Source: Bryobacterales bacterium (lineage in GTDB: Bacteria; Acidobacteriota; Terriglobia; Bryobacterales; UBA6623). Taken from it: a DNA stretch of 64,000 nucleotides. Below are positions 37,413 through 47,108 of the stretch, piece after piece (positions within the stretch are counted from its first letter, which is position 1; each line of letters opens with the position of its first letter). The position numbers and the translations under genes are program-made. The stretch covers positions 1 through 64,000 of the forward strand of contig OY729428.2 in assembly GCA_963422375.2 (NCBI GenBank). The letters run 5' to 3'. The notes under the pieces were generated by a model that was given only the letters and a program-made list of their open reading frames with translations, ran no database searches and was not told the origin of the DNA.

Positions 37413-38567
37413 GTGCCGGAGAGCGGTGGCGGGAGACGCGGGCCGGCGCCGCTGGTCGGGCGGGATCTCGAGGAGCTGAGCGCGCTCGCGGTCTCCCTGG
37501 GCGAACCCGCCTACCGGGGCCGCCAGATCTACCGCGGGCTCTACCGCGAGCTCCGCTCGGGGCCGGGCGAGATTCTCACGCTGCCTCGCGGCCTCCGGAG
37601 CCGCCTCGAAGGGCAGTTCGGCGGCGGCCTGCCGCCGACGCTGGAGCGCTGCGAGTCCGCCGACGGCGCGGCGCGCTACCTGCTGCAACTGCGCGACGGG
37701 CGCTCCGTCGAGGCGGTGTTCATTCCGGAGGAGGGACGGGACACGCTGTGCATCTCCACGCAGGTCGGCTGCGCGGTCGACTGCAAGTTCTGCCTCACGG
37801 CCGCCCTGGGGCTGGAGCGCAACCTCGAAGCCGGCGAGATCGTCGCCCAGGTGCTGGCCCTGGCCCGCGACCGGGGCTTGGACGCCAAGCGCCGCCCGCT
37901 CAACGTCGTGATGATGGGCATGGGCGAGCCGCTGCTGAACCTGCAGGCCGTCATGAAGGCCACGCGGCTGCTCGCGGATCCCGACGGCGTCGCCGTCCCC
38001 TTGCGGCGGATCACGGTCTCGACCTCGGGAATCGTGCCGAAGATCGCGGAGTTCGGAAGCTACGCCCGGCGCGGCAAGCTGGCCGTGTCGCTGAACGCCT
38101 CCAGCGAGGAGCAGCGCGTCCGGCTCATGCCGGTCACGGCGAAGTACCGGCTGGCGGCTCTGCTCGAGGCCTGCCGCGCTTACCCGCTGCGCCCGTGGGA
38201 GCGCCTGACGTTCGAGTACGTGCTCCTGCGGGACGTGAACGACTCGGACCGGGACGCGCGCGACGTGCTGCGCCTGCTCGCGAGCCTCAGGTGCTCCGTC
38301 AACCTCATCGCGCTGAACCCCGGCCCGGGCATCCCGTTCGACACGCCCGAGCCGGCCCGAGTGGAATCCTTCCGCGCGATCGTGCATCGGGGCCTCCCTT
38401 GCTTCGTGCGCAAGCCCCGCGGACGCGACGTCTTCGCCGCCTGCGGGCAACTCAAGCGCACGGCGGCCCCACCCGGCGAGGCTGCCGGAGGCCCGTACGC
38501 CGAACGCGTCGACGGTGATCCCGGAGAAACCGCGCCAAGGCAAGCCGGCGAGGCACCGGTGGCATGA
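37413..38567 (+). CDS. rlmN: 23S rRNA m2A2503 / tRNA m2A37 methyltransferase RlmN
   Basis: [48 protein letters not shown]; about 35-aa low-complexity tail. Confidence 0.93.
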   Translation: MPESGGGRRGPAPLVGRDLEELSALAVSLGEPAYRGRQIYRGLYRELRSGPGEILTLPRGLRSRLEGQFGGGLPPTLERCESADGAARYLLQLRDGRSVEAVFIPEEGRDTLCISTQVGCAVDCKFCLTAALGLERNLEAGEIVAQVLALARDRGLDAKRRPLNVVMMGMGEPLLNLQAVMKATRLLADPDGVAVPLRRITVSTSGIVPKIAEFGSYARRGKLAVSLNASSEEQRVRLMPVTAKYRLAALLEACRAYPLRPWERLTFEYVLLRDVNDSDRDARDVLRLLASLRCSVNLIALNPGPGIPFDTPEPARVESFRAIVHRGLPCFVRKPRGRDVFAACGQLKRTAAPPGEAAGGPYAERVDGDPGETAPRQAGEAPVA

Positions 38568-39703
38568 TGAATCGAGTGAGGGAAGCGGTCACGCATCGAC
38601 TGGGGGGCTACTGCCGCATGTTCGGATACGCCCGCATCGACCACGTTTCGAGGAGGCCGTGGCCACTGTACGACGATCATCCGGCAGAGCGCAGGACGGC
38701 GCGCAAGGAGTCCGTGGCGTTCCTCGCCCGAATGGGCCGGATACCCGAGTGGCGGAAGTCGGAGCCGGGCACGCTCGGCACGAGAGCCATCGAGCCTACG
38801 CTCACACGAGTGGGCCAGGTATTCCGAGCCTTCGTCCGCCGTCACGAGCAAGGCGAGAATCCGGGGCACCCCCGCTGCGAGCCGGTGTCGCAGTTCCGCG
38901 CAATAGAGCGCTCCCATCCGCCGAGGCTCCGGCCGCCGCGGAACGGGCGCTTGGACCTGGGCATCGAGGGCCTGCCGGACATCTTCATCCGGCAGAGCCG
39001 AGAGATTCCGTCGCTCAAGGCGCAGTTCGTCCGCATCACTCGCGCGGACGCCGGGATCTGCGCGGGCTTGTTGTTGGACGCGGCCGAGGGTCCGCTGGCC
39101 CCGAGCGATTCCGCCGCGAGTACCGACCTCCGCACGAGCGACGTTATCGCGGCGAGCGATGCCGAGCCTAGCAAGGACTCGCGTCGGAAGAAGCGAGCGG
39201 CGAGCCGCTGCGAGCAGGGCAGCGCCACACGGAGCAGGCGCGCGCAGGCACAGCAGATGCCGCGTCTCAAGCGCCACGTGCGCCATCGAAGCGAATGCCA
39301 TCGCATCACGAGTCGCTTGGTCAGGAAGCACGGAACGCTGGTTCTCGAGGCGCTCGACCGGCCGAACATGGCGGGTTCGGCCGAGGAAACGATCCGCGCG
39401 CAGGGCAGGCACGCCAAGCAAGACTCCGGATCGAATCGCTCGGTGCAGTCGCCGACCCGTGGCGTCGTCCGCCAGCAGCCCTCGTACAAGGCAAGACGGG
39501 AGTACGTGGAGGTCGACCTCGCGTACCCTTCCCAGACTTGCAGCCGCTGCGGAGCCGTCAAGGCAAGCAATCGCAAGGGCAGGCGCTGCAGCTGCTCCCG
39601 CTGCGGATTCTCGGGCGCTGCCGACTTCAATGCAGCAGTCAAGATCCCGAGGGCGCGGTGCGCGCCCTGGCGGGCTGCCGGGAAGCGTCGGAGCCGGCGA
39701 TGA
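38564..39703 (+). CDS. tnpB: Degenerate TnpB (IS200/IS605 RNA-guided endonuclease) derivative
   Basis: AFVRR...GENPGHPR, Ruv[14 protein letters not shown]...RuvC-II LVLEAL..NM, YKA...[14 protein letters not shown]...CSRCG, RuvC-III ADFNAA. No tnpA or IS ends recognised. Confidence 0.8.
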   Translation: MMNRVREAVTHRLGGYCRMFGYARIDHVSRRPWPLYDDHPAERRTARKESVAFLARMGRIPEWRKSEPGTLGTRAIEPTLTRVGQVFRAFVRRHEQGENPGHPRCEPVSQFRAIERSHPPRLRPPRNGRLDLGIEGLPDIFIRQSREIPSLKAQFVRITRADAGICAGLLLDAAEGPLAPSDSAASTDLRTSDVIAASDAEPSKDSRRKKRAASRCEQGSATRSRRAQAQQMPRLKRHVRHRSECHRITSRLVRKHGTLVLEALDRPNMAGSAEETIRAQGRHAKQDSGSNRSVQSPTRGVVRQQPSYKARREYVEVDLAYPSQTCSRCGAVKASNRKGRRCSCSRCGFSGAADFNAAVKIPRARCAPWRAAGKRRSRR

Positions 39704-40734
39704 CTCTCGACGCGCTCGGCCATAGTGCCACGGGCATTCGGACCACGGTCGTGGGCAGCTACCCAATCCCGCGCTGGCTCTACGGCGACTCCTCGCTCGG
39801 CACGCTGAGGGACGCGGTCGCCGTGGTCCTGCATACCCAGGAGCTCGCCGGCCTGGACGTGCTCGCGGACGGGGAGCTCAACCGCTTCGATCCGTCGCAC
39901 CCCGAGACGAACGGCATGATCGACTACTTCGTCAGCCGCATGTCGGGCATCCGCACGCGATACTCGGTGAGCGATCTGGACGCCTTCCGCAGCGACAGCG
40001 GCATGTCGTTCCGCGCCGCGCCGGCGGGCGTGGTGACCGGCGAGCTCGGCGGAGGCACGCTCAACCTCCCGGGCGACTACGCGTTCGTGCGCGAGCTCAC
40101 CCGGCACCCGCTCAAGTTCACCTGCACCGGACCGCACATGCTGTGCAAGACCCTGACGGACCGCTTCTACGGCGACCGCGAGCGGCTCTGCATGGCGATC
40201 GCCGAAGTGTTGCGCGACCAGCTGCAGCGCATCCAAGCGGACATCGTCCAGCTTGACGAAGCCAACATCACGGGCCATCCCGAAGAGGCAGAGTGGGCCG
40301 CGGCCGCCCTGAACCGCACCCTGGCGGGCGTGCCCGCGACCAAGGCCGTCCACGTTTGCTTCGGAAACTACGGGGGCCAGCGCATCCAGCGGGGCACCTG
40401 GAAGCGCTTGCTGCCCTATCTCAACGCCATCGAGTGCGACCTCTTCCTGCTCGAGTTCGCCCGGCGAGGCTATGACGAGATCGAGCACCTGAGGGATCTC
40501 AGGCCGGAAGCGGGCCTCGGCCTGAGCGTGGTTGACATCAAGACCACCGAGATCGAGACCGCGAGCCAGATCGCCGGACGGATCGAACTGGCAGTCAAGG
40601 CGCTCGGCCCGGAGCGGATTCGCTTCGTCAACCCGGACTGCGGCTTCTGGATGCTGCCGCGCAGCGTGGCGGACGGCAAGATGCGGGCGCTGGTCGCGGG
40701 CCGCGACCTCTACGAGGGGCTACGGGCCGCGTAG
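39700..40734 (+). CDS. Cobalamin-independent methionine synthase II family protein (MetE catalytic-domain only)
   Basis: RTTVVGSYP, QELAGLDVLADGE, QLDE, Zn ligands HVCFGN / LEFA / NPDCG. Confidence 0.88.
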   Translation: MTLDALGHSATGIRTTVVGSYPIPRWLYGDSSLGTLRDAVAVVLHTQELAGLDVLADGELNRFDPSHPETNGMIDYFVSRMSGIRTRYSVSDLDAFRSDSGMSFRAAPAGVVTGELGGGTLNLPGDYAFVRELTRHPLKFTCTGPHMLCKTLTDRFYGDRERLCMAIAEVLRDQLQRIQADIVQLDEANITGHPEEAEWAAAALNRTLAGVPATKAVHVCFGNYGGQRIQRGTWKRLLPYLNAIECDLFLLEFARRGYDEIEHLRDLRPEAGLGLSVVDIKTTEIETASQIAGRIELAVKALGPERIRFVNPDCGFWMLPRSVADGKMRALVAGRDLYEGLRAA

Positions 40735-40753
40735 CGAGGCGCGCCGGTCCCGG

Positions 40754-42160
40754 TCACCGCAAGTGCCCGATGGCGTTCGCGTAGTAGGCCAGCAGGTCGG
40801 TCTCTTCCTCGGCGGCGCGGAAATGCCCGGAGTCCTCGTGGACCAGGCGGCGCAGCACTAGGATGCGCAGCCCGGCGGACACGGCGAAATCGCGGTCCGA
40901 GTGCGGGATATGCACGTATGCGCCCCTGCCCTCGAGGCGCTGCGCGAGCGCGAACGCGCGGGACTTCAGCGCCAGTTCGCTGAGGGGCTCGCCGCCCGCT
41001 TCGAGGAACACGCTGGCGATCAGCGACACAGGCAGCACCGGCACCATCGCGCCGATGCGCTCCATCAGATCGTCGCCCAGCTGCGCCACGAGGGCGAACT
41101 GCTCGTCCCGATCCAACCCGGACGGCCTAGCGGCGCGCGCGGCGCACCACGCCTTCAGGGAGACCGGCACGCCGAAGCTGACGCAAGCGTAGCCGTTGCG
41201 ATAGAGCCGACCCTGCCAGCGGCGCACTGCGAGTCGGAAGACGTAGCGAGCGACGGCCGCCGGGCTGACGCGGCCGAGCGACACCGCGCGCGGGTCGTCG
41301 CGCGCGGCGAGCAGGACGCGGTCTTCCAGGACCCGGTCGTAGTTCAGCCCGACCGGCACGAACACCACGTCCCGGTCCGACCGGGGGTCGAACTCCCTCA
41401 CGATGTAGCCCAGAAGGCCGAGGCGCGCTGGTCCGAGGGCGCCGTCGCGCGTCAGCCGCCCTTCGGGAAAGATCGCCTGCGTGACTCCCGAGTGCGTGGC
41501 CATGCGCACGTAGCACGCGAGCACCCGGCGGTACAGCGTGTTCCCAAGGCCGCGCCGGATCACGAATCCGCCCATGGCCCGGATCAGGCTGTGGAGCAAC
41601 CGAACACGCGCCCATTCCCCCACGGCGTAGGATAGGCCGGCGCGAGACGCCGCCATGTACGTCACGAGCAGGTAGTCCATGTTGGAGCGGTGATTCATGA
41701 CGAAGACGACAGCCGCCTCCGAATCGATCAGGGACAGGCGGTCCTCGTCGCCGAATCCGAGGCGCACGCGATAGGCGGAGGTCGCGAGCCAGCGGGACAC
41801 GGTTGCGCCGATGCCGAAATACGCCAGTGGATTGAAGGCCGGCACGATCTCGCGCGCGTAGCGCTCGGCATTCCGGGCCACGACCTGCCGGGGGACTCCC
41901 TGCTCCTCTGCGGCCGTCTCGATCGCACTCAATACCTGCGGACTGTGAACGACTCGATCAACCAGCGTCCGGCGGCGAGTCATCGCGAACGGCCGGATCC
42001 GCAGGTGCAGGCGAGCGTTGAGCTTCTCGACAGCGACGCTGACGCGCCGACGCAAGAACCAGCCGGCGCCAGGCGCGAGGATCCGGTCGAAGAAACCGAT
42101 CAGCGCGAAGGCGGCCAAGGCGGCAAGCACCCAGACCGGAACCGTTACGCCGTCAGCCAT
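40754..42160 (-). CDS. Glycerol-3-phosphate acyltransferase (PlsB/PlsC-like)
   Basis: NHRSNMD (HX4D), FPEGRLTRDG, VPVGLNYDRVLED; N-terminal TM segment. Confidence 0.85.
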   Translation of the reverse strand: MADGVTVPVWVLAALAAFALIGFFDRILAPGAGWFLRRRVSVAVEKLNARLHLRIRPFAMTRRRTLVDRVVHSPQVLSAIETAAEEQGVPRQVVARNAERYAREIVPAFNPLAYFGIGATVSRWLATSAYRVRLGFGDEDRLSLIDSEAAVVFVMNHRSNMDYLLVTYMAASRAGLSYAVGEWARVRLLHSLIRAMGGFVIRRGLGNTLYRRVLACYVRMATHSGVTQAIFPEGRLTRDGALGPARLGLLGYIVREFDPRSDRDVVFVPVGLNYDRVLEDRVLLAARDDPRAVSLGRVSPAAVARYVFRLAVRRWQGRLYRNGYACVSFGVPVSLKAWCAARAARPSGLDRDEQFALVAQLGDDLMERIGAMVPVLPVSLIASVFLEAGGEPLSELALKSRAFALAQRLEGRGAYVHIPHSDRDFAVSAGLRILVLRRLVHEDSGHFRAAEEETDLLAYYANAIGHLR

Positions 42161-42589
42161 GCGCTCCCGGGGCGCCTAGTTACCCCACCGCCCGCGGCGA
42201 CCATGAGCCCGCCGACGCGATGTCCGCGACCGGACGAGTCGGCCGCTGGCCGCCACCGGCAGTCCGTGACTCTTGCGTAGTCTCTCGAACGGCATGCTCG
42301 GCGACAACATCGATTTTCTCACCGGCCGCTCATCCGTCTCGAGGCCGCGGACGTCGGCGGCGAGCAGAGGCGGCCAGCCCTCGCAGAGACGCAGGTTGCC
42401 GGAACGACGCTCGGCCCTCGCGAACGCGTCCGGGCCGGGTGACTTCGCCTTCGCCACGGGGCGGGGAACACCGGGGAAGCACAGTGGCGGAGCCGGTGCA
42501 TCCCGATGGCGTTCGGGCGGCGGCTCGTGCCGAGGCCGACAGGCCCGCCCAGAAGTGCTACGCTGCGGGTAGCGAGCATCGATCTGTAC

Positions 42590-43108
42590 ATGGCGCTGTT
42601 CTTCACCGCTGTCGCCACCGTGGGCGGGATAGTGTTCTGGGTTCACCGGATGGTGACTAAGTCACAGAAGGAAGCACTGGAGGCGAATCGCAAGGAGATC
42701 CGGTCTCTTGCAGATCACTTTCAGAAGGCCGAGGAGCGGCGTCAGGCAGACGCTCAGGAATTGCGCTCAAGAATCGAAGACCTCCGCTCCGAGATCAAGG
42801 GTGTCGAGGCATCCCTCCGAGGCGAAATCAAGAGTGTTGAGAGGGGTATGGCCGAAGGCCACCGGGACCTGTCGCAACAGGTCCAAGCGAACGCTGCTGC
42901 GGTGAACCAAGTGACCGGCGAAATCAGGCACATCCCGCGAATCGAGCAACGGCAGGCACAGCAAGAGCGTGAATTGGGTTGGCTGACTCGATCAGTCCGC
43001 AGCGAGCATATGCCGCCTCGGGCGGCCGATACGGGTTCCCGCCACGAAGCCTCGGAACCGACCCGTATCGCGGCGCAATCGACGCCGCCGGACCAAGGCG
43101 ACAACTGA
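42590..43108 (+). CDS. Single-TM coiled-coil protein
   Basis: Hydrophobic N-terminus followed by 11-residue-type repeats LRSEIKGVEAS/LRGEIKSVERG. Confidence 0.6.
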   Translation: MALFFTAVATVGGIVFWVHRMVTKSQKEALEANRKEIRSLADHFQKAEERRQADAQELRSRIEDLRSEIKGVEASLRGEIKSVERGMAEGHRDLSQQVQANAAAVNQVTGEIRHIPRIEQRQAQQERELGWLTRSVRSEHMPPRAADTGSRHEASEPTRIAAQSTPPDQGDN

Positions 43109-43327
43109 GCTTCGAGCGCAGGGAGCCGCCGTCGCGAACTCACGGCCCCGCCGGGCACGGACCCCTTCTGGGTAGTGCGCAGGTCTAATGCCCCCGGCTG
43201 CCGATGCGTGCGCGGAAAATCAGGCAGCGCGTTCCGCCCGGCCCGCCCGTTCCGCCGGCGACACACACGTTCTTCAGGCTCTCGCTCCGGTGAACGGGGC
43301 ACGCGGCCGCCGCGCCAATCCGATACG

Positions 43328-44089
43328 ATGGATTTTTCGTTGGCCGAGACCCCTGACACCTTAGTGAGTTACCCGAAGAGAGCGGTCGTGCTCGCGGCCG
43401 GGCGCGGAACGCGCATGAAGTCGCTCACCGACGACTGCCCCAAGCCAATGCTCCCGCTGGCGGGGCAGCCCATGCTGGCACACCAGATGGAACGCTTCGC
43501 GAGAGCCGGGATAGAGAGAGCCTGCATCGTCGTCGGCTACCGCGGCGAGATGATCCGCGAGTACTTCGCGACGCACCCTCCGGCGGGCATCGAGCTGGAG
43601 TACGTGGTCCAAGCTGCACCGGACGGCACGGGCAGCGCGGCGCTGCTGGCGCGCGAATTCGCGGGATCGGGCCGGTTCCTCCTCACGTTCGGCGACATTC
43701 TCGTCGACTCTCAGGTCTATGTCAGCCTCTTCGGACTGTCCGACGGGGCGGAAATAGCGCTGGCAGTCGCTCGGGTGGACGACCCCTACCGCGGGGGCGC
43801 CGTGTACGCCGAAGGCGGCCGGGTCACGGGAATCGTCGAAAAGCCGCCGAGGGGAACGTCGGCCACGAGCTTCGTGAGCGCGGGCGTGTACGTCTTCGGG
43901 CGCGGGATTTTCGCTGAACTCGAGCGATTGACTCCCTCCGTCCGGGGAGAGTACGACCTGACGGACGCAATCCAAGCCACCATTCGTGGCGGGAAGCTAG
44001 TGCGCTGCCTCGAGGTGCCGGGCTTCTGGCGCGACGTGGGTCGCCCGGAAGACCTCGAGCCCGCCAGCGACTTCGTCAGACAATCATGA
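43328..44089 (+). CDS. Sugar-phosphate nucleotidyltransferase (NTP_transferase family)
   Basis: AVVLAAGRGTRM...PKPML, Q..PDGTG, FGDIL, IVEKP, RGEYDLTD, WRDVG. Start 43328 or 43364. Confidence 0.88.
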   Translation: MDFSLAETPDTLVSYPKRAVVLAAGRGTRMKSLTDDCPKPMLPLAGQPMLAHQMERFARAGIERACIVVGYRGEMIREYFATHPPAGIELEYVVQAAPDGTGSAALLAREFAGSGRFLLTFGDILVDSQVYVSLFGLSDGAEIALAVARVDDPYRGGAVYAEGGRVTGIVEKPPRGTSATSFVSAGVYVFGRGIFAELERLTPSVRGEYDLTDAIQATIRGGKLVRCLEVPGFWRDVGRPEDLEPASDFVRQS

Positions 44090-46311
44090 TCACGGACCCG
44101 ACGAGGTTGCTGGCGACGGCAGGTCGCGGCATCGAGGCACTCGATCTCCCGCCAGAAATCAGGTCCTCGACCCTGGCCAACCTGGAGGACTGGGTCCATG
44201 CCGACAAGTTCGCCGGTTTGATCTCCCCCGGCGACTACTCCCCCATCCTGCGCTGGATGGTCGACGCGGAAGAGTTCGACCTGTTGGCCGACAGCTTCTA
44301 CCAGGTCATCCCCTTCGGCACGGGAGGCCGCCGGGGACCCGTCGGCGTGGGGCCGAACCGGATCAACCCCTACACGATCGCGTCTTCGGTGCAGGGGCAC
44401 GTCAAGTACCTGCGTCGGCGCCTGCCTTCGGTCGACGCCTTGAAGGTCGTCATCGCCTACGACGTGCGCCGCTTCCACGACTTGCGCGGCACCTACCCTC
44501 CCAGTCTGGAGAATCCGCTGCTCGGACTGAGCTCGGAGGATCTGGCGCGAATCGCCGCGTCTGTCTACGCCGCGTCCGGCGTGACGGTGCTGACCGTGCC
44601 GCCAGGGGGCGACTACATCTCGACACCGGAGCTATCGTTCCTGATCCGGCATCTCGGAGCCCACGGCGGCGTGAACGTCAGCGCCTCGCACAATCATCCC
44701 GACGACAACGGCAGCAAGTTCTACAACGGCGAGGGCGGCCAGGAGATTCCGCCCGACGACGAGGAGCTCGCCTCGATCGTGTCCCAGGTCCGCCGGATTC
44801 GCGTCGCGAGCCGGATCGAGGTGCAGTCGTCCGGTCTGGTCCGCGGCGTCCCGGCCGGCGCGAGGCGCGCCTACATCGACATGAACCTGCGGCTTGCGAC
44901 GCGGAACGGGTCGCGGGCCGGTCGGTTCGCCTTTACCAGCCTGCACGGTACCGGGGTCAGCACGGTGGGCCGCTGCCTCGAGGAAATGGGCTACGTACGG
45001 GACCGCCATCTCTTCCTTGTCGAGAAGCAGTGCGAGTTCCGGAGCGACTTCCGGCATGTCATGTTCCGGAGCCCGAATCCGGAGGTCCCCGAGACACTGG
45101 CGCTGGGCATCGAGCGAGCGCGGCAAGTCGGGGCCGATCTCCTGCTCGCCACCGACCCCGACGCCGACCGGCTGGGCGGAGCCGCCAAGGACGGCGACCG
45201 GTACCGGTTCGTGACCGGAAACGAGTTCGCGACGATCCTCGCGCGCTACCGGCTGGAGTCGCTCGCGGCTGTCGGCCGCCTGCCCGAACGCCCGCTGGCC
45301 ATTAAGACGGCGGTCACGACGAACTTGGTCCGCAAGCTCGTGGAGTCCAAGGGCGGCGTCGTCGTCGGCGACCTTCTGGTGGGATTCAAGTACGTGGCCG
45401 CGGTGCTCGGATCGATCGAGCGCACCGGCAGGTTCCGCGACCTGCGCGCCTCGCTGGGCGATTTCGTGCTGGCGGCCGAGGAGAGCCACGGCTTCATGCT
45501 GACGCCGGAAGTCCGTGACAAGGACGCTGCCGGCGCGGCAGTGATCCTCGCGGAACTGACTTCCGCTCTCCGGGAACGCGGGGAGTCCGTCTACGACTAC
45601 CTGATCGACACCTACAAGCGGTACGGCTATCACAGCAACGCGGTGCGATCCACGGTGATGAGGGGCGCCGCAGGATCGGCCAGCATCCGTAGGATCCAGC
45701 AGCTCCTGCGCGACGACCCGCCGGGGGCGATCGGGGGACGCGGAGTCTTGAGCGTCAATGACTTCTGGGACGAGTCGCGCTACGGACCGTTCCTCTCGCG
45801 AACGGACAGGAGCTCGAGGGACCTGATCAGCTATTCCCTCGAGGGAGGGATCAAGGCGACGATCCGGCCATCGGGGACCGAGCCCAAGAACAAGGTCTAC
45901 CTGGAACTCGCGGCACCGCCGCTGGGGGCGGCTGCCTCTCGCGAGGAGTTCGAGGCGCACCGGAACGACGTCGACCGCTCCGTCAAGGAGTTCTCGAACA
46001 GCTTTCTGTCGGACATGCTGGCTTTGATCGACGTGAGCGTCCCGGAATACGCGTTCGAGATCTCGGACCTAGTGGCCCTTCCCTGGAAGGTGGACTTCTG
46101 CGACCGCTTCCTACCCGAATTCGAGCGGCGGGCCGACTCGGTGCTGTCAGGGGACACCGACGACGCGGCGCTCGGCGCCTGGGTGGACGACGCATTGCGA
46201 CCGTACGGGCCAGACGCCCGCGTCCTCGTCAGGCGCGGGTTCGAGGCGTACGCAGCGGCGACCGCTCCGTCGCCCCGGCTGGCCGTGCAGCGGCCCATCT
46301 TCGAACCCTAG
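44086..46311 (+). CDS. Phospho-sugar mutase (phosphoglucomutase/phosphomannomutase family)
   Basis: FGTGGRRG, phosphoserine loop SASHN, metal loop TDPDADR, EESHG, DKDA, IRPSGTEPK. Confidence 0.9.
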   Translation: MITDPTRLLATAGRGIEALDLPPEIRSSTLANLEDWVHADKFAGLISPGDYSPILRWMVDAEEFDLLADSFYQVIPFGTGGRRGPVGVGPNRINPYTIASSVQGHVKYLRRRLPSVDALKVVIAYDVRRFHDLRGTYPPSLENPLLGLSSEDLARIAASVYAASGVTVLTVPPGGDYISTPELSFLIRHLGAHGGVNVSASHNHPDDNGSKFYNGEGGQEIPPDDEELASIVSQVRRIRVASRIEVQSSGLVRGVPAGARRAYIDMNLRLATRNGSRAGRFAFTSLHGTGVSTVGRCLEEMGYVRDRHLFLVEKQCEFRSDFRHVMFRSPNPEVPETLALGIERARQVGADLLLATDPDADRLGGAAKDGDRYRFVTGNEFATILARYRLESLAAVGRLPERPLAIKTAVTTNLVRKLVESKGGVVVGDLLVGFKYVAAVLGSIERTGRFRDLRASLGDFVLAAEESHGFMLTPEVRDKDAAGAAVILAELTSALRERGESVYDYLIDTYKRYGYHSNAVRSTVMRGAAGSASIRRIQQLLRDDPPGAIGGRGVLSVNDFWDESRYGPFLSRTDRSSRDLISYSLEGGIKATIRPSGTEPKNKVYLELAAPPLGAAASREEFEAHRNDVDRSVKEFSNSFLSDMLALIDVSVPEYAFEISDLVALPWKVDFCDRFLPEFERRADSVLSGDTDDAALGAWVDDALRPYGPDARVLVRRGFEAYAAATAPSPRLAVQRPIFEP

Positions 46312-46412
46312 TCCATCCGTCCGCCGCCCGGGCGGCGACAGCGGGCGGTCTCCGGAGCGCGGCGGACGATGCGCTGGCCGCCGACCGTCTCGCACCTTAC
46401 GCTGAACGGGAC

Positions 46413-46418
46413 TACAAT
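46413..46418 (+). promoter_or_regulatory. Putative -10 box for tRNA-Ser
   Basis: TACAAT about 42 nt upstream of the tRNA. Confidence 0.45.
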
Positions 46419-46459
46419 GGGATGGTTCTGGGCACAGGCATGCGGGGATCGCTTCGAGT

Positions 46460-46549
46460 GGAGAGGTGGCCGAGCGGCTTAAGGCGCACGCTTGGAAAGC
46501 GTGTTTAGGGGAAACTCTAACGAGGGTTCGAATCCCTCCCTCTCCGCCA
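46460..46549 (+). tRNA. tRNA-Ser (anticodon GGA)
   Basis: GGAGAGG/CCTCTCC acceptor stem, anticodon arm CACGC-TTGGAAA-GCGTG, long variable arm TTAGGG-GAAA-CTCTAA, T-loop GGTTCGAATCC, encoded CCA. Confidence 0.97.
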
Positions 46550-46812
46550 TGCCGGAGACGCGCCGCTCGCGGCGGCGTCCGCGAACCGTCGGCGGTCCGC
46601 GCAAGCTCGCTGAGCCGTCCGTTCCGCCACGGGGAATCGGAGCGCGGGATTCCTCCTCGGCCCCAATCACGGCCGCGGCGGGCCGGCCAACGGACCTAGC
46701 GGAGATCGCAGGCCGAGCGCATCCGGTCGCAAGCTGCCGGCAGCCCGATAGAGCGGCGCGCGCCTCGATCTTCGGCCTGCTGGCACGGTTGGCGTTCTCG
46801 GGTCAAACGAGA

Positions 46813-46821
46813 TGCTAGAGT
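46813..46821 (+). promoter_or_regulatory. Putative extended -10 promoter
   Basis: TGcTAGAGT directly upstream of a two-hairpin structure. Confidence 0.5.
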
Positions 46822-46828
46822 GTACTTA

Positions 46829-46895
46829 CAGTCCCCGGGTTTTTTCGGTGTACCCGGGTCTGCAGAGGAGGGAGCGGGGTTTCCTGCCCCTCCTC
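46829..46895 (+). ncRNA. Two-hairpin small RNA, possibly Acido-1-like
   Basis: Hairpin 1 CCCGGG-(TTTTTTCGGTGTA)-CCCGGG; linker TCTGCA; hairpin 2 GAGGAGGG(A)GCGGG-GTTT-CCTGC-CCCTCCTC. Intergenic, no credible ORF. Confidence 0.55.
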
Positions 46896-47108
46896 GTCTC
46901 TCTCGATTCCCCCCATCCCGGCCGGGGGCTTCGCGGGGGACGCTAATTCGGCCTCTCTTCGAACAGATCGCGCCCTCGACTGGCCTACGGAGGGCGAACC
47001 TGTCGTGGGGACCGACGCGGCCGTCGGGCGGTTCGCCGGGGGGTTGACCGGATCGAGCGCCGCGGCCGGATGCCCTGCGGGGAGCCGGCCTTCGTCGGGC
47101 GGAGGGTC

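Noticed and set aside
33518..38543. Long antisense and alternate-frame ORFs (e.g. 33518-35665 -, 35350-37479 +, 37371-38543 -; also 11369-13207 -, 38842-40488 -)
   Set aside because: Shadow ORFs of well-supported genes in high-GC DNA; Arg/Pro/Gly/Ala-rich with no recognisable motifs.
38564..39703. Intact IS200/IS605 transposon or Cas12f effector
   Set aside because: No tnpA, no terminal hairpins, no CRISPR array, and many conserved residues are altered; kept only as a TnpB derivative.
46460..46549. tRNA-Ser as an integration site
   Set aside because: No duplicate of its 3' end and no integrase in the window; the TTCGAATCCC match at ~62381 lies inside the Fic CDS and is too short.
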